Shown: piece after piece, positions 12,870 to 25,847 of the stretch | Layout: each line of letters opens with the position of its first letter | How positions within the stretch are numbered: position 1 is the stretch's first letter | Source: an uncultured Actinomycetota bacterium | GTDB taxonomy: Bacteria; Actinomycetota; Actinomycetes; Mycobacteriales; SCTD01 | DNA: 64,000 nucleotides | Direction of reading: 5' to 3' | Assembly: GCA_963726975.1 (NCBI GenBank) | Contig: CAVSEK010000013.1 | Coordinates: 680,773-744,772 of the forward strand | Notes under the pieces: generated by a model | Seen by the model: only the letters and a program-made list of their open reading frames with translations | Database searches by the model: none | What the model was told of the DNA's origin: nothing | Made by a program: the position numbers and the translations under genes

Positions 12870-13516
12870 TGCCGCTCACCCGCGACGAGCTGGCGGCGCG
12901 GGTCGCCCGCGAGCTCGAGGACGGCCAGTACGTCAACCTCGGGATCGGGCTGCCGACGCTGATCCCGAACTTCCTCCCCGGCGGCGTGCACGTGGTGCTG
13001 CAGTCGGAGAACGGCGTGCTCGGCGTCGGCGCCTACCCCGCCGAGGAGGAGGTCGACGCCGACCTCATCAACGCCGGCAAGGAGACGGTCACCGTGCAGG
13101 ACGGGCGCGTCGTTCTTCGACTCGGCCCTGTCGTTCTCGATGATCCGCGGCGGGCACGTCGACGTCGCCGTGCTCGGCGCGATGCAGGTCAGCGCCCGCG
13201 GCGACCTCGCCAACTGGATGATCCCCGGGAAGATGGTCAAGGGCATGGGCGGCGCGATGGACCTCGTCCACGGCGCGAAGCGCGTGATCGTGATGATGGA
13301 GCACGTCGCCCGCGGCGGCGGCCACAAGATCGTGCAGGAGTGCAGCGCTGCCGCTGACCGGGCGCGAGTGCATCCAGCGGGTCGTCACCGACCTCGCCGT
13401 GATCGACGTCGAGCCGGACGGGCTGGTGCTGCGCGAGACCGCGCCCGGGCGTCTCGGTCGACGAGGTGCGCGCCGCGACCGGGCCGGAGCTGCGCGTGGC
13501 GCTGGCCGCCGCGTGA
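12869..13516 (+). CDS. scoB: Succinyl-CoA:3-oxoacid CoA-transferase subunit B, frameshifted
   Basis: [38 protein letters not shown]. Confidence 0.92.
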
Positions 13517-14310
13517 GCGACGAGCTCGTCTCAGCTCGCGGTCGAGGCCGGCGACGGCGACGGTCACCCTGGACTCCCCCGCCAACCGCAACGCCCTGTC
13601 GCGGCAGCTGCGCGCCGAGCTGCGGGGAGCGCTGCGCGCGGCGCTCGCCGACGACACGGTGCGGGTGCTCGTGCTCACGCACACCGGCCCGGTCTTCTGC
13701 CGCGGCATGGACCTCAAGGAGGCCCGCGGCGGCGGCGCCGGCGAGCAGGGCGTCAACGAGTTCCCGGCGCTGCTCGAGCTGCTCTGGTCCTCCCCCAAGC
13801 CCATCGTGGCCCGGCTGGCCGGCCCGGCCCGGGCCGGCGGCGTCGGCCTGGTCGCGGCGTGCGACCTGGCCGTGGCCGCCGACACCGTCGAGCTTCGCCT
13901 TCACCGAGGTGCGGCTGGGCGTGGTGCCGGCCGTCATCAGCGTGCCCGTGCTGCCGCGGGTGCTGCCCCGGGCCGGCGCACGAGCTCTTCCTCACCGGCG
14001 AGGTGTTCGACGCGGCTCGCGCGGTGCGGCATCGGCCTGCTCAACCGGGCCGTACCGGCGGAACGCGCTCGACGACGAGGTCGACCGGCTCGCCGGCCTG
14101 CTCGCGCTCGGCGGGCCGCGGGCCCTGGCCGCCACCAAGCAGCTGCTCGACGCGGTCGCCGCCGAGCGGCTTCGGCCCGGGCGGCTTCGCCGGCGCCCTC
14201 TCGACCGCGAGCGAGGTGTCCGCCCGGCTTCTTCGCCTCCGAGGAGGGCCAGGAGGGCATCGCGCGCCTTCGCGGAGAAGCGCCCGGCGCGCTGGGTGCC
14301 CGGGACCTGA
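13513..14310 (+). CDS. Enoyl-CoA hydratase family (methylglutaconyl-CoA hydratase-like), frameshifted
   Basis: [46 protein letters not shown]. Confidence 0.85.
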   Translation: MSDELVSARGRGRRRRRSPWTPPPTATPCRGSCAPSCGERCARRSPTTRCGCSCSRTPARSSAAAWTSRRPAAAAPASRASTSSRRCSSCSGPPPSPSWPGWPARPGPAASAWSRRATWPWPPTPSSFAFTEVRLGVVPAVISVPVLPRVLPRAGARALPHRRGVRRGSRGAASACSTGPYRRNALDDEVDRLAGLLALGGPRALAATKQLLDAVAAERLRPGRLRRRPLDRERGVRPASSPPRRARRASRAFAEKRPARWVPGT

Positions 14311-14315
14311 GGGCC

Positions 14316-14350
14316 GGCACCGGCACGGGTCACGGGTACGGGTACGGCAC
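14316..14350 (+). repeat. Degenerate hexamer repeat (GGCACC/GGCACG/GGTCACG/GGTACG)
   Basis: Visible intergenic low-complexity run after the operon. Confidence 0.5.
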
Positions 14351-14414
14351 TGTCACCGGACAGCAAGGCCGCTGGGGGTGCCGGTCCCGCGCACCGGCCC
14401 TACCTTCTCCGCTC

Positions 14415-15089
14415 GTGGCCGACCCCTCCGACGACCCCAGCCCGCCCCGGGTCTACGGCGGCCGTTCCGCACAGGAGCGCCGGCAGGACCGCCGGGCGCG
14501 GCTGCTCGCCGCAGCGCTGGACCTGTTCGGCACCGACGGGTTCCCCTCCACGACGATCGAGCGGCTGTGCGCCGTGGCCAACATCGCGACCCGGTCGTTC
14601 TACGAGGAGTTCGCCAGCCGCGAGGACCTGCTGAGGACGGTCTACGACGAGCTGGTCGTGGCGGCCACCGCGCGCATCGTCGGCGCCCTCGAGGAGCAGG
14701 ACGGGACGCTGGACGAGCGGGTCCGGCGCGCCGTCGGGGCCTACCTGGGCTACGTCGAGGGAGGACCCGCGGCGGGCCCGCGTCGTGCACCGCGAGGTCC
14801 GGGCGGTCCCGGGGCTGCAGGGGCACCGCCACGAGGCCGTCACGGCTTCGCCCGGCTCATCCAGCGCGAGCTGCTCGGGCCGACGCCGAGCGTCGACGAG
14901 TGGCGACGGCGCGTGGTGTCGCTCGCGCTGGCGGGGGCCGTCAGCGAGGTGCTCGTCGACTGGTCGGGGCTGCCGGACCCGCGCCCCGACCTCGCCGTCG
15001 TGCACGCGGAGATGACCAACCTCTACGTCGCGGCCCTGGCCCCGCTGAGGGACGGGCCGCCCGGTCAGGAGCGGGCCGGGGACGCGTAG
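14415..15089 (+). CDS. TetR/AcrR-family transcriptional regulator
   Basis: [28 protein letters not shown]...[20 protein letters not shown]; compensating indels near 14760-14845. Confidence 0.88.
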   Translation: MADPSDDPSPPRVYGGRSAQERRQDRRARLLAAALDLFGTDGFPSTTIERLCAVANIATRSFYEEFASREDLLRTVYDELVVAATARIVGALEEQDGTLDERVRRAVGAYLGYVEGGPAAGPRRAPRGPGGPGAAGAPPRGRHGFARLIQRELLGPTPSVDEWRRRVVSLALAGAVSEVLVDWSGLPDPRPDLAVVHAEMTNLYVAALAPLRDGPPGQERAGDA

Positions 15090-15151
15090 GAGTCGGGGCC
15101 GCGGGGGTAGGGAGGAGCCAGTCACCGGCCCCACCCCCGAGGAGCTCCCCC

Positions 15152-16281
15152 GTGGACCTGCCCGACCTGTCCGCCCTGCTGACCGCGCCCGGCCCCTTCG
15201 TCACCGTCCACGTCGAGAGCGAGAGCGCGGTCGAGCAGGCCGCTGACGCCTACGACCGGCTGTGGAAGGGCACGCTGCAGGAGCTCCAGCGGCTCGGCGT
15301 CACCGACGAGGTCCGCGAGGCGGTGTCGGCGGCGCGCGGCGAGCACTCCGGGGGCGGCTCCCGCTTCGTCGCCGCGTCCACCGCCGACCCGTCCGCCCTG
15401 GTCGCCGTCTCGCTGTCCGCGCCACCGCGCCGACCGGTGGTCGAGGTGGCGCCGCTGCCGCACCTGCTCCCGCTCGTCGACGACGCCTCCGCACGCGTCC
15501 CGCACGTCGTGGTGCTGGCCGACCACGCCGGCGCGGACGTGACCGCCTACGCCGACACCGAGCACGTCGCGGGCAGCGTCGACGTGGTCGGGTCCGCCCC
15601 GGACATCCGCAAGGTCTCCGTCGGCGGCTGGTCGCAGATGCACTACCAGCACCGCGCCGAGGAGGGCTGGGAGGCCAACGCGCGCGAGGTCGTCGACGTC
15701 GTGGCCCGGCTCGCCGACGTCGTCGGCGCCGAGCTCGTCGTGGCAGCCGGCGAGGACCGTCAGCTGGTCATCGTCGCCGAGCACCTCCCTCACGCGCTCA
15801 GGGACCGCTGGGTGCAGGTCGACGGCGGCCGGGGCCACGACGGCAGCAGCGACCTCGTGCAGCAGCGGGTCCGCGACGTCGTGGCCCGGCACGTGGCGAC
15901 CCGTACCCTGGACCTGCTCGAGGGCTACGCCCAGGAGCGCGGCCAGGGCAAGCGCGCCGCGGAGGGCGTCGAGGACGTCGTCGCCGCCCTGCGCAAGGCG
16001 CAGGTCGAGACCCTGCTCGTGACCACGGGCGCCCCCGAGGGCGCCCCGCTCTTCTACGGCCCCGACCCCACGTCCCTCGCCACCCGAGCCTCGGAACTGT
16101 CCGACCTCGGCGTGGCCGAGCCCCAGGAGGGCCCCATGATCGACGTCCTGATCCGCGCCGCGCTCGGCACCGCCGCCGACGTGCAGCTCGTCCCGCACGA
16201 GCTCGGCACCGCCCCGCAGGGCGGCGTCGGAGCCGTGCTGCGCTACGCCGACGCGCTCGGCACCGCCGCCGAGGCGCAGGC

Positions 16282-16285
<4 letters not shown>
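15152..16285 (+). CDS. baeRF2 / Vms1-Ankzf1-like archaeo-eukaryotic release factor homolog
   Basis: [61 protein letters not shown]; RBS GAGGAG. Confidence 0.75.
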
Positions 16286-18406
<2,121 letters not shown>

Positions 18407-18407
<1 letters not shown>

Positions 18408-20794
18408 TGCGCGCACCTGCCGGCGGCCGGCCGCCCGGTGCCGGTCTCGACCTACCGGGTGCAGCTGACCGCCGGGCTTCGGCTTCGACGACGCCGCGGC
18501 GGTCGTGCCCTACCTCGCCGACCTCGGCGTGACGCACCTGTACTGCTCGCCGTACCTGCAGGCGGCCCCGGGCTCGATGCACGGCTACGACGTCGTCGAC
18601 CACGAGCGGCTCAACGCCGAGCTGGGCGGCGCAGGAGGCGTTCGACCGGCTGGTCGCGGCCTGCCGGGCCGCCGGCCTCGGGATCCTGCTCGACGTCGTG
18701 CCCAACCACATCGCCGTGTCCGAGCCCGAGTCGCAGAACGCCGCCTGGTGGGGGCTGCTGCGCGACGGCCGGGACGTCGCCGTACGCCGCGTGGTTCGAC
18801 GTCGACTGGGACTCCCCCGACAACCCCGGCAAGGTGCTGGTGCCGGTGCTCGGGGCGCCGCTCGGCGAGGTGCTCGACGACCTCGAGCTGCTCGAGGACC
18901 GGATCCGCTACTACGACCACGAGGTGCCGGTCGCGCCCGGCACGCTCGTCGAGGGCGACGTGCTGGCGACGCTGGAGCAGCCAGCACTACCGGCTGTGCC
19001 ACTGGCGGGTCGCGGTCGAGGAGCTCGAACTACCGCCGGTTCTTCGACGTGACGACGCTGGCCGGCGTGCGCGTCGAGGACCCGGAGGTGTTCGACGCGA
19101 CGCACCGGCTCGTCCTGCGAGCAGGTGCGCGAGCGGCGTCCTCGACGGGCTGCGCATCGACCACCCGGACGGGCTGGCCGACCCGCAGGGGTACCTGCGA
19201 GATGCTCGCCGAGGGCACCGACCACGGCTGGGTCGTCGTGGAGAAGATCCTCGAGCCCGGCGAGGCGCTGCCCGACGCGTGGCTGCTGCGCCGGCACCAC
19301 CGGCTACGACGCGCTCAACCGGGTGCTCGGGATCTTCGTCGACCCCGCCGGCGAGCAGCCGCTCACCGACCTGTGGGCCTCCGAGACCGGCAGCCGCGCG
19401 TCGTACGAGCAGGTCGTCGACGCCACGAAGCACCTGGTGCTGCGCGACGTGCTCGTCGCCGAGGTCAACCGGCTCACCGAGCTCGGCCTGCGGGTGTGCC
19501 GCGCCGACCCGGCGCTGCGCGACACGACCCGGCGGGCGCTGCGCGAGGCGCTCGTCGAGCTGCTCGCGTCCTTCGGGGTCTACCGGGCGTACCTGCCGCC
19601 GACCGGGCCGGCCGACGACGAGGCACGGCACCACGTGCGGGCGGCGGTCGAGGCCGCGCACGGAGCGCGTGCCGGCCCGGGCCGACGAGATCGCGCTGGT
19701 CGCCCGGCTGGCGCTCGCCGAGGGCCCGGCCGGCGAGGCGGCGCAGGAGTTCGTCACGCGCTTCCAGCAGACCTGCGGTCCGGTCATGGCCAAGGGCGTC
19801 GAGGACACCGCCTTCTACCGCTACCTGCGGTTCGCGGCGCTCAACGAGGTCGGCGGCGATCCCGGTCGCTTCGGCCTGCCGGTCGCGGAGTTCCACGCCG
19901 CGTGCGAGGCCCAGCAGGCCGACTGGCCGGTCTCCCAGACCACGCTGTCGACGCACGACACCAAGCGCAGCGAGGACGTCCGCGCCCGGCTCGTGCTGCT
20001 CGCCCAGTGCCCGCGCGAGTGGGGCGAGGCGGTCGTGCGCTGGTCCGCTCTCGCCGCGCGGCACAAGCGCCCCGCCGGGCCGGACCCGGCCACCGAGCTG
20101 CTCGTGTGGCAGACGCTGCTCGGCGCGTGGCCGATCAGCGCCGACCGGGCGGTCGCGTACGTCGAGAAGGCCACCCGGGAGGCCAAGGCGCAGACGTCCT
20201 GGGTCGACCCGGTGCCCGAGTTCGACGAGGCGGTGCAGGCGTTCGTGCGCGACGTGCTCGCCGACGACGCGCTGACGAGCGAGCTGGCGGCCTTCACCGA
20301 GCGGCTGCGGCCGGCGTGGGAGGCGACCCTGCTGGCGCAGAAGCTCGTCCAGCTGACGATGCCGGGGGTGGCCGACACCTACCAGGGCACCGAGCTGCCC
20401 GGACCTCTCGCTCGTCGACCCGGACAACCGGCGGCCGGTCGACTACGACGTCCGCCGCGAGGGCCTGCGCGACCTGGCGCAGGCCCCGGCGAAGCTGCGG
20501 CTGACGGCCACCGCGCTGCGGCTGCGCCGCGACTCCCCCGACTGGTTCCTCGCCGGTGCGACGTACGAGGGCCTGGACGCGGGCGGCCGCGCCGTGGCGT
20601 TCTGCCGCTCCGGGCAGGTCGTGACCGTCGCCCCGACGCGGGCCCTGCGCGTCGAGCGCGAGGGCTGGGGGGACGACGCGGTGACGCTGCCCGACGGGTC
20701 GTGGACCGACCTGCTCGGGGGCGGCAGCTGGTCCGGGCGCGTGCGCCTGGCCGAGCTGCTCGACGGTGGCCCGGCACTGCTGGTGCGGGCGTGA
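18407..20794 (+). CDS. treY: Malto-oligosyltrehalose synthase, frameshifted
   Basis: [72 protein letters not shown]. Confidence 0.93.
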
Positions 20795-20834
20795 GGCGCG
20801 TTCGCCGGGCGGCCGGCTGGGCAGGGGTGCGCCC

Positions 20835-22568
20835 ATGACGACGCTGCGCGTGTGGGCACCCGGCAAGGACCGGGTCGAGGTCGAGGTCGGCGACGACCGA
20901 CAGGCGATGTCCCCGGTGGGCGGCGGGTGGTGGCAGGTCGAGGTCGACGCGGGAGCGGGCACGGACTACGCCTTCCGCCTCGACGGCGGCGAGCCGAGGC
21001 CCGACCCGCGCAGCGCCTGGCAGCCGCAGGGGGTGCACGGTCCGTCCCGGCTCGTGGACCACGACGCCTTCGACTGGACCGACGAGCACTGGCGCGGCCT
21101 CCCGCTCGCGGGTGCCGTCCTCTACGAGATGCACGTCGGCACCTTCACCCCCGAGGGCACCTTCGACGCGGCGATCGGCAAGCTGGACGCGCTCGTCGAG
21201 CTCGGGGTGGACGCGGTCGAGCTGCTGCCGGTCAACGCCTTCGCCGGGCGCTGGGGCTGGGGCTACGACGGCGTCGCGTGGTTCGCCGTGCACGAGCCGT
21301 ACGGCGGCCCCGACGGGCTCAAGCGCTTCGTCGACGCCTGCCACGCCCGTGGCCTCGGCGTCGTCGTCGACGCGGTCTACAACCACCTCGGGCCGGCCGG
21401 CAACTACCTGCCGGAGTTCGGGCCCTACCTCACCGAGGCGCACACGACCCCGTGGGGCCCCGCGGTCAACCTCGACACCCCCGGCTCCGACGAGGTGCGC
21501 CGCTACGTCATGGACAGCGCGCTGGCCTGGCTGCGCGACTACCACGTCGACGGGCTGCGCCTGGACGCCGTGCACGCGCTCGTCGACGAGCGCGCCACGC
21601 ACCTGCTCGAGGAGCTTCAGGTCGAGGTCGAGGCGCTCGGCGCGCGGCTGAGGAAGCCGCTGTGGCTGGTGGCCGAGAGCGACCTCAACGACGCGCGCGT
21701 CGTGTCGTCGCGCGAGGCCGGCGGCTACGGGCTCGCGGGGCAGTGGGCCGACGACGTGCACCACAGCCTGCACGCGCTGCTGACCGGCGAGCGCTCCGGC
21801 TACTACGGCGACTTCGGGAGCCTGCCGACGCTCGCGAAGGCGCTGACCGGCGTCTTCGTGCACGACGGCTGCTGGTCGAGCTTCCGCGAGCGCCGGCACG
21901 GCCGGCCGGTGCCGGCGACGGTGCCGGGCCACCGGTTCGTGGTCTACCTGCAGGACCACGACCAGGTCGGCAACCGCGCCGTCGGCGACCGCATCGCCGC
22001 GACCGTGTCGGACGGCCTGCTCCAGGTCGGCGCCGCCCTGGTGCTCACCTCCCCCTTCACGCCGATGCTGTGGATGGGCGAGGAGTGGGGAGCCCGCACG
22101 CCCTGGCAGTTCTTCTCCGACCACGACGCCGAGCTCGGCGAGGCGGTGAGCAAGGGCCGTCGGGCGGAGTTCGCGTCGCACGGCTGGGACACCGAGGAGG
22201 TGCCCGACCCGCAGAGCGAGCAGACCTTCCGCGACTCCACGCTGGACTGGTCGGAGCGCGAGGGTGAGCGCGAGCAGGCGCTGCTCGGGTGGACGCGCGA
22301 CCTCATCGCCCTGCGCCGGACCCGTCCGGAGCTCAGCGACGGTCGGCGCGACCTCGTCGAGGTGAGCGTCGACGAGGACGCCCGGTGGGTCGTCGTGCGC
22401 CGGGGGCGGGTGGCGGTCGCGTGCAACCTCTCCGACCGGCGGCAGGTCGTCCCGCTCCCGGGGCAGCCGCAGAGCGTCCTGCTCAACAGCACCCCCGGCT
22501 TCGTCTACAGCGACGGGCAGGTCGAGACCGACGGCGAGTCGGTCGTCGTGCTGGAGCTCGCGGGCTGA
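20835..22568 (+). CDS. treZ: Malto-oligosyltrehalose trehalohydrolase
   Basis: PDPRSAWQPQGVHGPS, YEMHVGTFT, WGYDGV, DGLRLDAVHA, QDHDQVGNRA, PMLWMGEEWGA. Confidence 0.96.
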   Translation: MTTLRVWAPGKDRVEVEVGDDRQAMSPVGGGWWQVEVDAGAGTDYAFRLDGGEPRPDPRSAWQPQGVHGPSRLVDHDAFDWTDEHWRGLPLAGAVLYEMHVGTFTPEGTFDAAIGKLDALVELGVDAVELLPVNAFAGRWGWGYDGVAWFAVHEPYGGPDGLKRFVDACHARGLGVVVDAVYNHLGPAGNYLPEFGPYLTEAHTTPWGPAVNLDTPGSDEVRRYVMDSALAWLRDYHVDGLRLDAVHALVDERATHLLEELQVEVEALGARLRKPLWLVAESDLNDARVVSSREAGGYGLAGQWADDVHHSLHALLTGERSGYYGDFGSLPTLAKALTGVFVHDGCWSSFRERRHGRPVPATVPGHRFVVYLQDHDQVGNRAVGDRIAATVSDGLLQVGAALVLTSPFTPMLWMGEEWGARTPWQFFSDHDAELGEAVSKGRRAEFASHGWDTEEVPDPQSEQTFRDSTLDWSEREGEREQALLGWTRDLIALRRTRPELSDGRRDLVEVSVDEDARWVVVRRGRVAVACNLSDRRQVVPLPGQPQSVLLNSTPGFVYSDGQVETDGESVVVLELAG

Positions 22569-22570
22569 TC

Positions 22571-22604
22571 CCGCCGCCCGGGCCGCATGCGGTCCGGGCG
22601 GCGG
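22571..22604. terminator. GC-rich hairpin between convergent genes
   Basis: CCGCCGCCCGG...CCGGGCGGCGG inverted repeat just after the treZ stop. Confidence 0.65.
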
Positions 22605-22621
22605 CCGGGGCCCGTGCCGGG

Positions 22622-23029
22622 TCAGCCGTCGACGAGGTCGGCGAGGGCCTCGAGGCAGGTGGCGAGCTCGCGCTCGACGCCGTCCGGACCGTCCCCGTCC
22701 AGGAACGACAGGTGCGCCACCACCTCGCAGCCGGACGTGCGGTCCTCGACCTGCAGCCAGCCGGCGTACGACCCGGGCTCGCCCCCGCGCGAGGGCCGGC
22801 TCCACTCGACCCGCAGCTGGTCCGGCGAGGGGCGCCAGAAGCCGTCGCTGGCGTAGCCACCGTGCCCCGCGTCGCCCTCGACGTGCACGTCGGTGTCGCT
22901 GCCCGCGGCGGCAGGCTCGGCGACCTGCACCGTGGCCAGCCACTCCGGCAGCCGACGCACGTCGGACACCACCTCGAAGACCCGGCTGCTGGGCGCGGAC
23001 AGGACGCGGGAGACCTCGTGCTCGCTCAT
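22622..23029 (-). CDS. SRPBCC (polyketide cyclase/START-like) family protein
   Basis: VSRVLSAPSSRVFEVVSDVRRLPEWL...YAGWLQVE...LEALADLV. Confidence 0.75.
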   Translation of the reverse strand: MSEHEVSRVLSAPSSRVFEVVSDVRRLPEWLATVQVAEPAAAGSDTDVHVEGDAGHGGYASDGFWRPSPDQLRVEWSRPSRGGEPGSYAGWLQVEDRTSGCEVVAHLSFLDGDGPDGVERELATCLEALADLVDG

Positions 23030-23080
23030 GTCACAGCCGTTCCCCGTGTGCAGACGGCGCACGCCGGGAACCAGCCGGGC

Positions 23081-24142
23081 ATGCGCATCGTCGTCACGGG
23101 CGCGACCGGCAACGTCGGCTCGCAGCTCCTGCCCCAGCTGTTGTCCGCTCCCGAGGTCACGTCGGTGGTGGGCCTGGCCCGCCGCCTGCCCGCCGCACCC
23201 GACGACCGGGTCGAGTGGCACGCGGTCGACGTCGCCGAGGACGACCTCGCGCCGCTCGTGCGCGGTGCCGACGTCGTCGTCCACCTGGCCTTCCTGCTCC
23301 AGCCCGCGCACGACCCCGACGAGATGCGCCGGGTCAACGTCCAGGGCTCGCGCCGGGTCTTCGAGGCCGTGGTGTCCGAGGGCGTCCCGGCCCTGGTGCA
23401 CGCCTCCTCGCTGGGCGTCTACGCCCCCGGCCCCAACACGCCGCCGGTGCCCGAGTCGCACCCGCACACGGGCATCAGCACGTCGGTCTACAGCCGCCAC
23501 AAGGCCGAGGTCGAGGCCCTGCTCGACGACCTGGAGCGCGACCACCCGGAGCGCCGGGTCGTGCGGATCCGCCCGGGGGTCGTGTTCCAGGCGCAGGCCG
23601 CCAGCGAGCTCGCCCGCTACTTCCTCGGCCCGTTCGTCCCCCAGTCGCTCGTGCGCCGGGCGCTGCTGCCCGTCGTGCCCGCGGTCCCCGGGCTGGCGCT
23701 GCAGGCCGTCCACGCCGAGGACGTCGCCCGGGCCTTCGTGCTGGCCGCGACGAAGCCCGTGACCGGCGCGTTCAACGTCGCGGCCGACCCGGTGCTCGAC
23801 GCTCCCACGCTCGCCCGGCTGCTGGGTGCGCGGACCGTGCCGGTCCCGCGCGCCCTGGCCCGGGCGGTCGTCGACCTGACATGGCGGCTGCACCTGCAGC
23901 CGACCGATCCCGGCTGGGTCGACCTCGGCACGCTCGGACCGGTCATGGACGTCACCCGCGCCCGCCGCGACCTCGGGTGGTTGCCGCGGCACAGCGCCGG
24001 CGACGCGCTGCTCGAGCTCCTCGACGCCATGAGCTCGGGCAAGGGCGGCGCCTCCCCGGTGCTGCGCCCCCGGTCCACCGGCCCCGCCCGCGTGCTGGAG
24101 GCCGTCCGGGCCCTCGTCCCGGGCACGGGCGGCAACGGCTGA
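23081..24142 (+). CDS. NAD-dependent epimerase/dehydratase (extended SDR)
   Basis: IVVTGATGNVG, VVHLA, ASSLGVY, YSRHK (YxxxK). Confidence 0.9.
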   Translation: MRIVVTGATGNVGSQLLPQLLSAPEVTSVVGLARRLPAAPDDRVEWHAVDVAEDDLAPLVRGADVVVHLAFLLQPAHDPDEMRRVNVQGSRRVFEAVVSEGVPALVHASSLGVYAPGPNTPPVPESHPHTGISTSVYSRHKAEVEALLDDLERDHPERRVVRIRPGVVFQAQAASELARYFLGPFVPQSLVRRALLPVVPAVPGLALQAVHAEDVARAFVLAATKPVTGAFNVAADPVLDAPTLARLLGARTVPVPRALARAVVDLTWRLHLQPTDPGWVDLGTLGPVMDVTRARRDLGWLPRHSAGDALLELLDAMSSGKGGASPVLRPRSTGPARVLEAVRALVPGTGGNG

Positions 24143-24164
24143 GGCCGGCCGCCCGAGAACGACG

Positions 24165-24194
24165 AGGCCCCGGCAGCGACTGCTGCCGGGGCCT
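24165..24194. terminator. Hairpin terminator between convergent genes
   Basis: Perfect 13-bp stem AGGCCCCGGCAGC-GACT-GCTGCCGGGGCCT followed by TCTC. Confidence 0.8.
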
Positions 24195-24211
24195 TCTCGC
24201 GCGTGGTCCGG

Positions 24212-25759
24212 TCAGGCCGCCGACGTGGCCCGCGCGCCCACCGGCTCCTCGACGTCGGTGGCCGCCGCCTCGAGCCGCTGCCGCGTCGAGGTCTGCTCCT
24301 CGTGGTAGTCGTCCTCCACGTTGACCTGCCACACGTCGTGACCGGCACCCGAGACGATGTTCTGCACCGTGAGGATCGCCGTGAGCATGGAGTGGTCCTG
24401 GTTGTTGTAGCGGTGCATGCCGTTGCGACCGACGGGGTGCACGTTGGGGACCTCCTGCGCGATCCAGTCGCGGATCGTCTGCAGGTTGGCGTGGTACGCC
24501 TTGTCGTAGAACGGATACGCCTTGGGCATCCGCACCACGTAGCCGCGCTCGATCTGGTCCGGCTGCACGAGCCCGAGCTGCGCGAGCTCCTTGGTCGCCA
24601 GCGCGACCAGCTCGTCGTCCGGCATCGACCACGTCTCGTCGTCCTGGAAGACGAAGTACTCCAGGCCGAGGCAGGTGCGGCCGTCCTTGACCAGGTGCGG
24701 CGACCAGCTGCCGTAGTTCTGGATGCGGCCGACCAGCACCTCGGGCGAGTGGATGTAGATCCAGTTGTCCGGGAAGCCGGCGGACTCGGGGACGACGAGG
24801 GCGACCGTCAGGTAGTCGCGGTACTTGAGGTCGCGGGCCGCCGCCTGGACGGGAGCGGGCGCGGGCGGGTCCATCGCGAGCACGAGGGACGACAACGGCA
24901 TCGTGGAGACCACCGCGCCGCAGTCCCAGCGCTGCTCCCGGCCCACGTCGGTGCGGGTGGCCTCGGGGGCCCCCGCCCCGGCGCCGTAGCCGCCGGTCAC
25001 GACCGACGTGACCGCGACGGCTCCGCGGCCGGGCTCGTGGTGGATCTTCTTGACCTTCGTCTCGAGCTCCACGTCGCCGCCCTGCTGGCGGACGAGGTCG
25101 GCGCACCGCTCCCACATCATCCCGGGGCCGAGCCGGGGGTACTGGAACTCCTCGATGAGCGAGGTGATGTCCTTCTGGTTGCGCTTGGGCATGAGCGCGT
25201 TGACCACGGCGTTCACGAGCGACAGGTTCTTGATCCGCTGCGCCGCCCAGTCCGACTGCAGCTCGGTGGCGTCGCGACCCCAGAGCTTCTCGGTGTAGGT
25301 CTTGAAGAAGATCCGGTACAGCCGCCAGCCGAACCGCGCCGCGACCCAGCCCTCGAAGTTGGACTGGTCCTTGGGCGGCCGGACGCGCACGGCGACGTAG
25401 GACAGGACGCACTTGAGGGCCTCGAGCAGGCCCAGGTTGCCCAGCGCGTTGCTGGCCTTGAGCGGGTAGTCGTAGAGCTTGCCCTTGTAGAAGATGCGGC
25501 TCATGCGCGGCCGCATCATGAAGTCCTCGTCCGGGAGGATCTCGTGCCAGAGCTTCTCGACCTCGGGCACCTTGGTGAAGAAGCGGTGGCCGCCGATGTC
25601 GAACCGCCAGCCCTCCCGGACCGCGGTGCGGCTGATGCCCCCGACCATCGCGTCGCCCTCGAGCACGGTGGTCGGCACGCCGGCCTTGCCCAGCTCGTAG
25701 GCGGCGGTCAGCCCGGCCGGACCTGCTCCGACGACGACGACCTGCTCGGGGCTCGACAC
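24212..25759 (-). CDS. FAD-dependent oxidoreductase (UDP-galactopyranose mutase/PPO-like family found in glycan loci)
   Basis: VVGAGPAGLTAA, VGGISRT, FDIGGHRFF, EEFQYPRLGPGMMWE, GRNGMHRYNNQDHSM. Confidence 0.85.
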   Translation of the reverse strand: MSSPEQVVVVGAGPAGLTAAYELGKAGVPTTVLEGDAMVGGISRTAVREGWRFDIGGHRFFTKVPEVEKLWHEILPDEDFMMRPRMSRIFYKGKLYDYPLKASNALGNLGLLEALKCVLSYVAVRVRPPKDQSNFEGWVAARFGWRLYRIFFKTYTEKLWGRDATELQSDWAAQRIKNLSLVNAVVNALMPKRNQKDITSLIEEFQYPRLGPGMMWERCADLVRQQGGDVELETKVKKIHHEPGRGAVAVTSVVTGGYGAGAGAPEATRTDVGREQRWDCGAVVSTMPLSSLVLAMDPPAPAPVQAAARDLKYRDYLTVALVVPESAGFPDNWIYIHSPEVLVGRIQNYGSWSPHLVKDGRTCLGLEYFVFQDDETWSMPDDELVALATKELAQLGLVQPDQIERGYVVRMPKAYPFYDKAYHANLQTIRDWIAQEVPNVHPVGRNGMHRYNNQDHSMLTAILTVQNIVSGAGHDVWQVNVEDDYHEEQTSTRQRLEAAATDVEEPVGARATSAA

Positions 25760-25847
25760 GCACGCTCCTGACTTCGACGTTGACCACAAGGTCCCCCGCA
25801 CCGGGGCGCTGAACCGCGCGGTCCCTGCGGGGAGGACCGACGGACGA

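Noticed and set aside
8603-13357. 1584-aa ORF and other very long Arg/Pro/Gly-rich ORFs (e.g. 35416-39357, 48796-52230, 15262-18468)
   Set aside because: Shadow frames of high-GC genes or chimeras joined by indels; no coherent domain content beyond the real genes they cross
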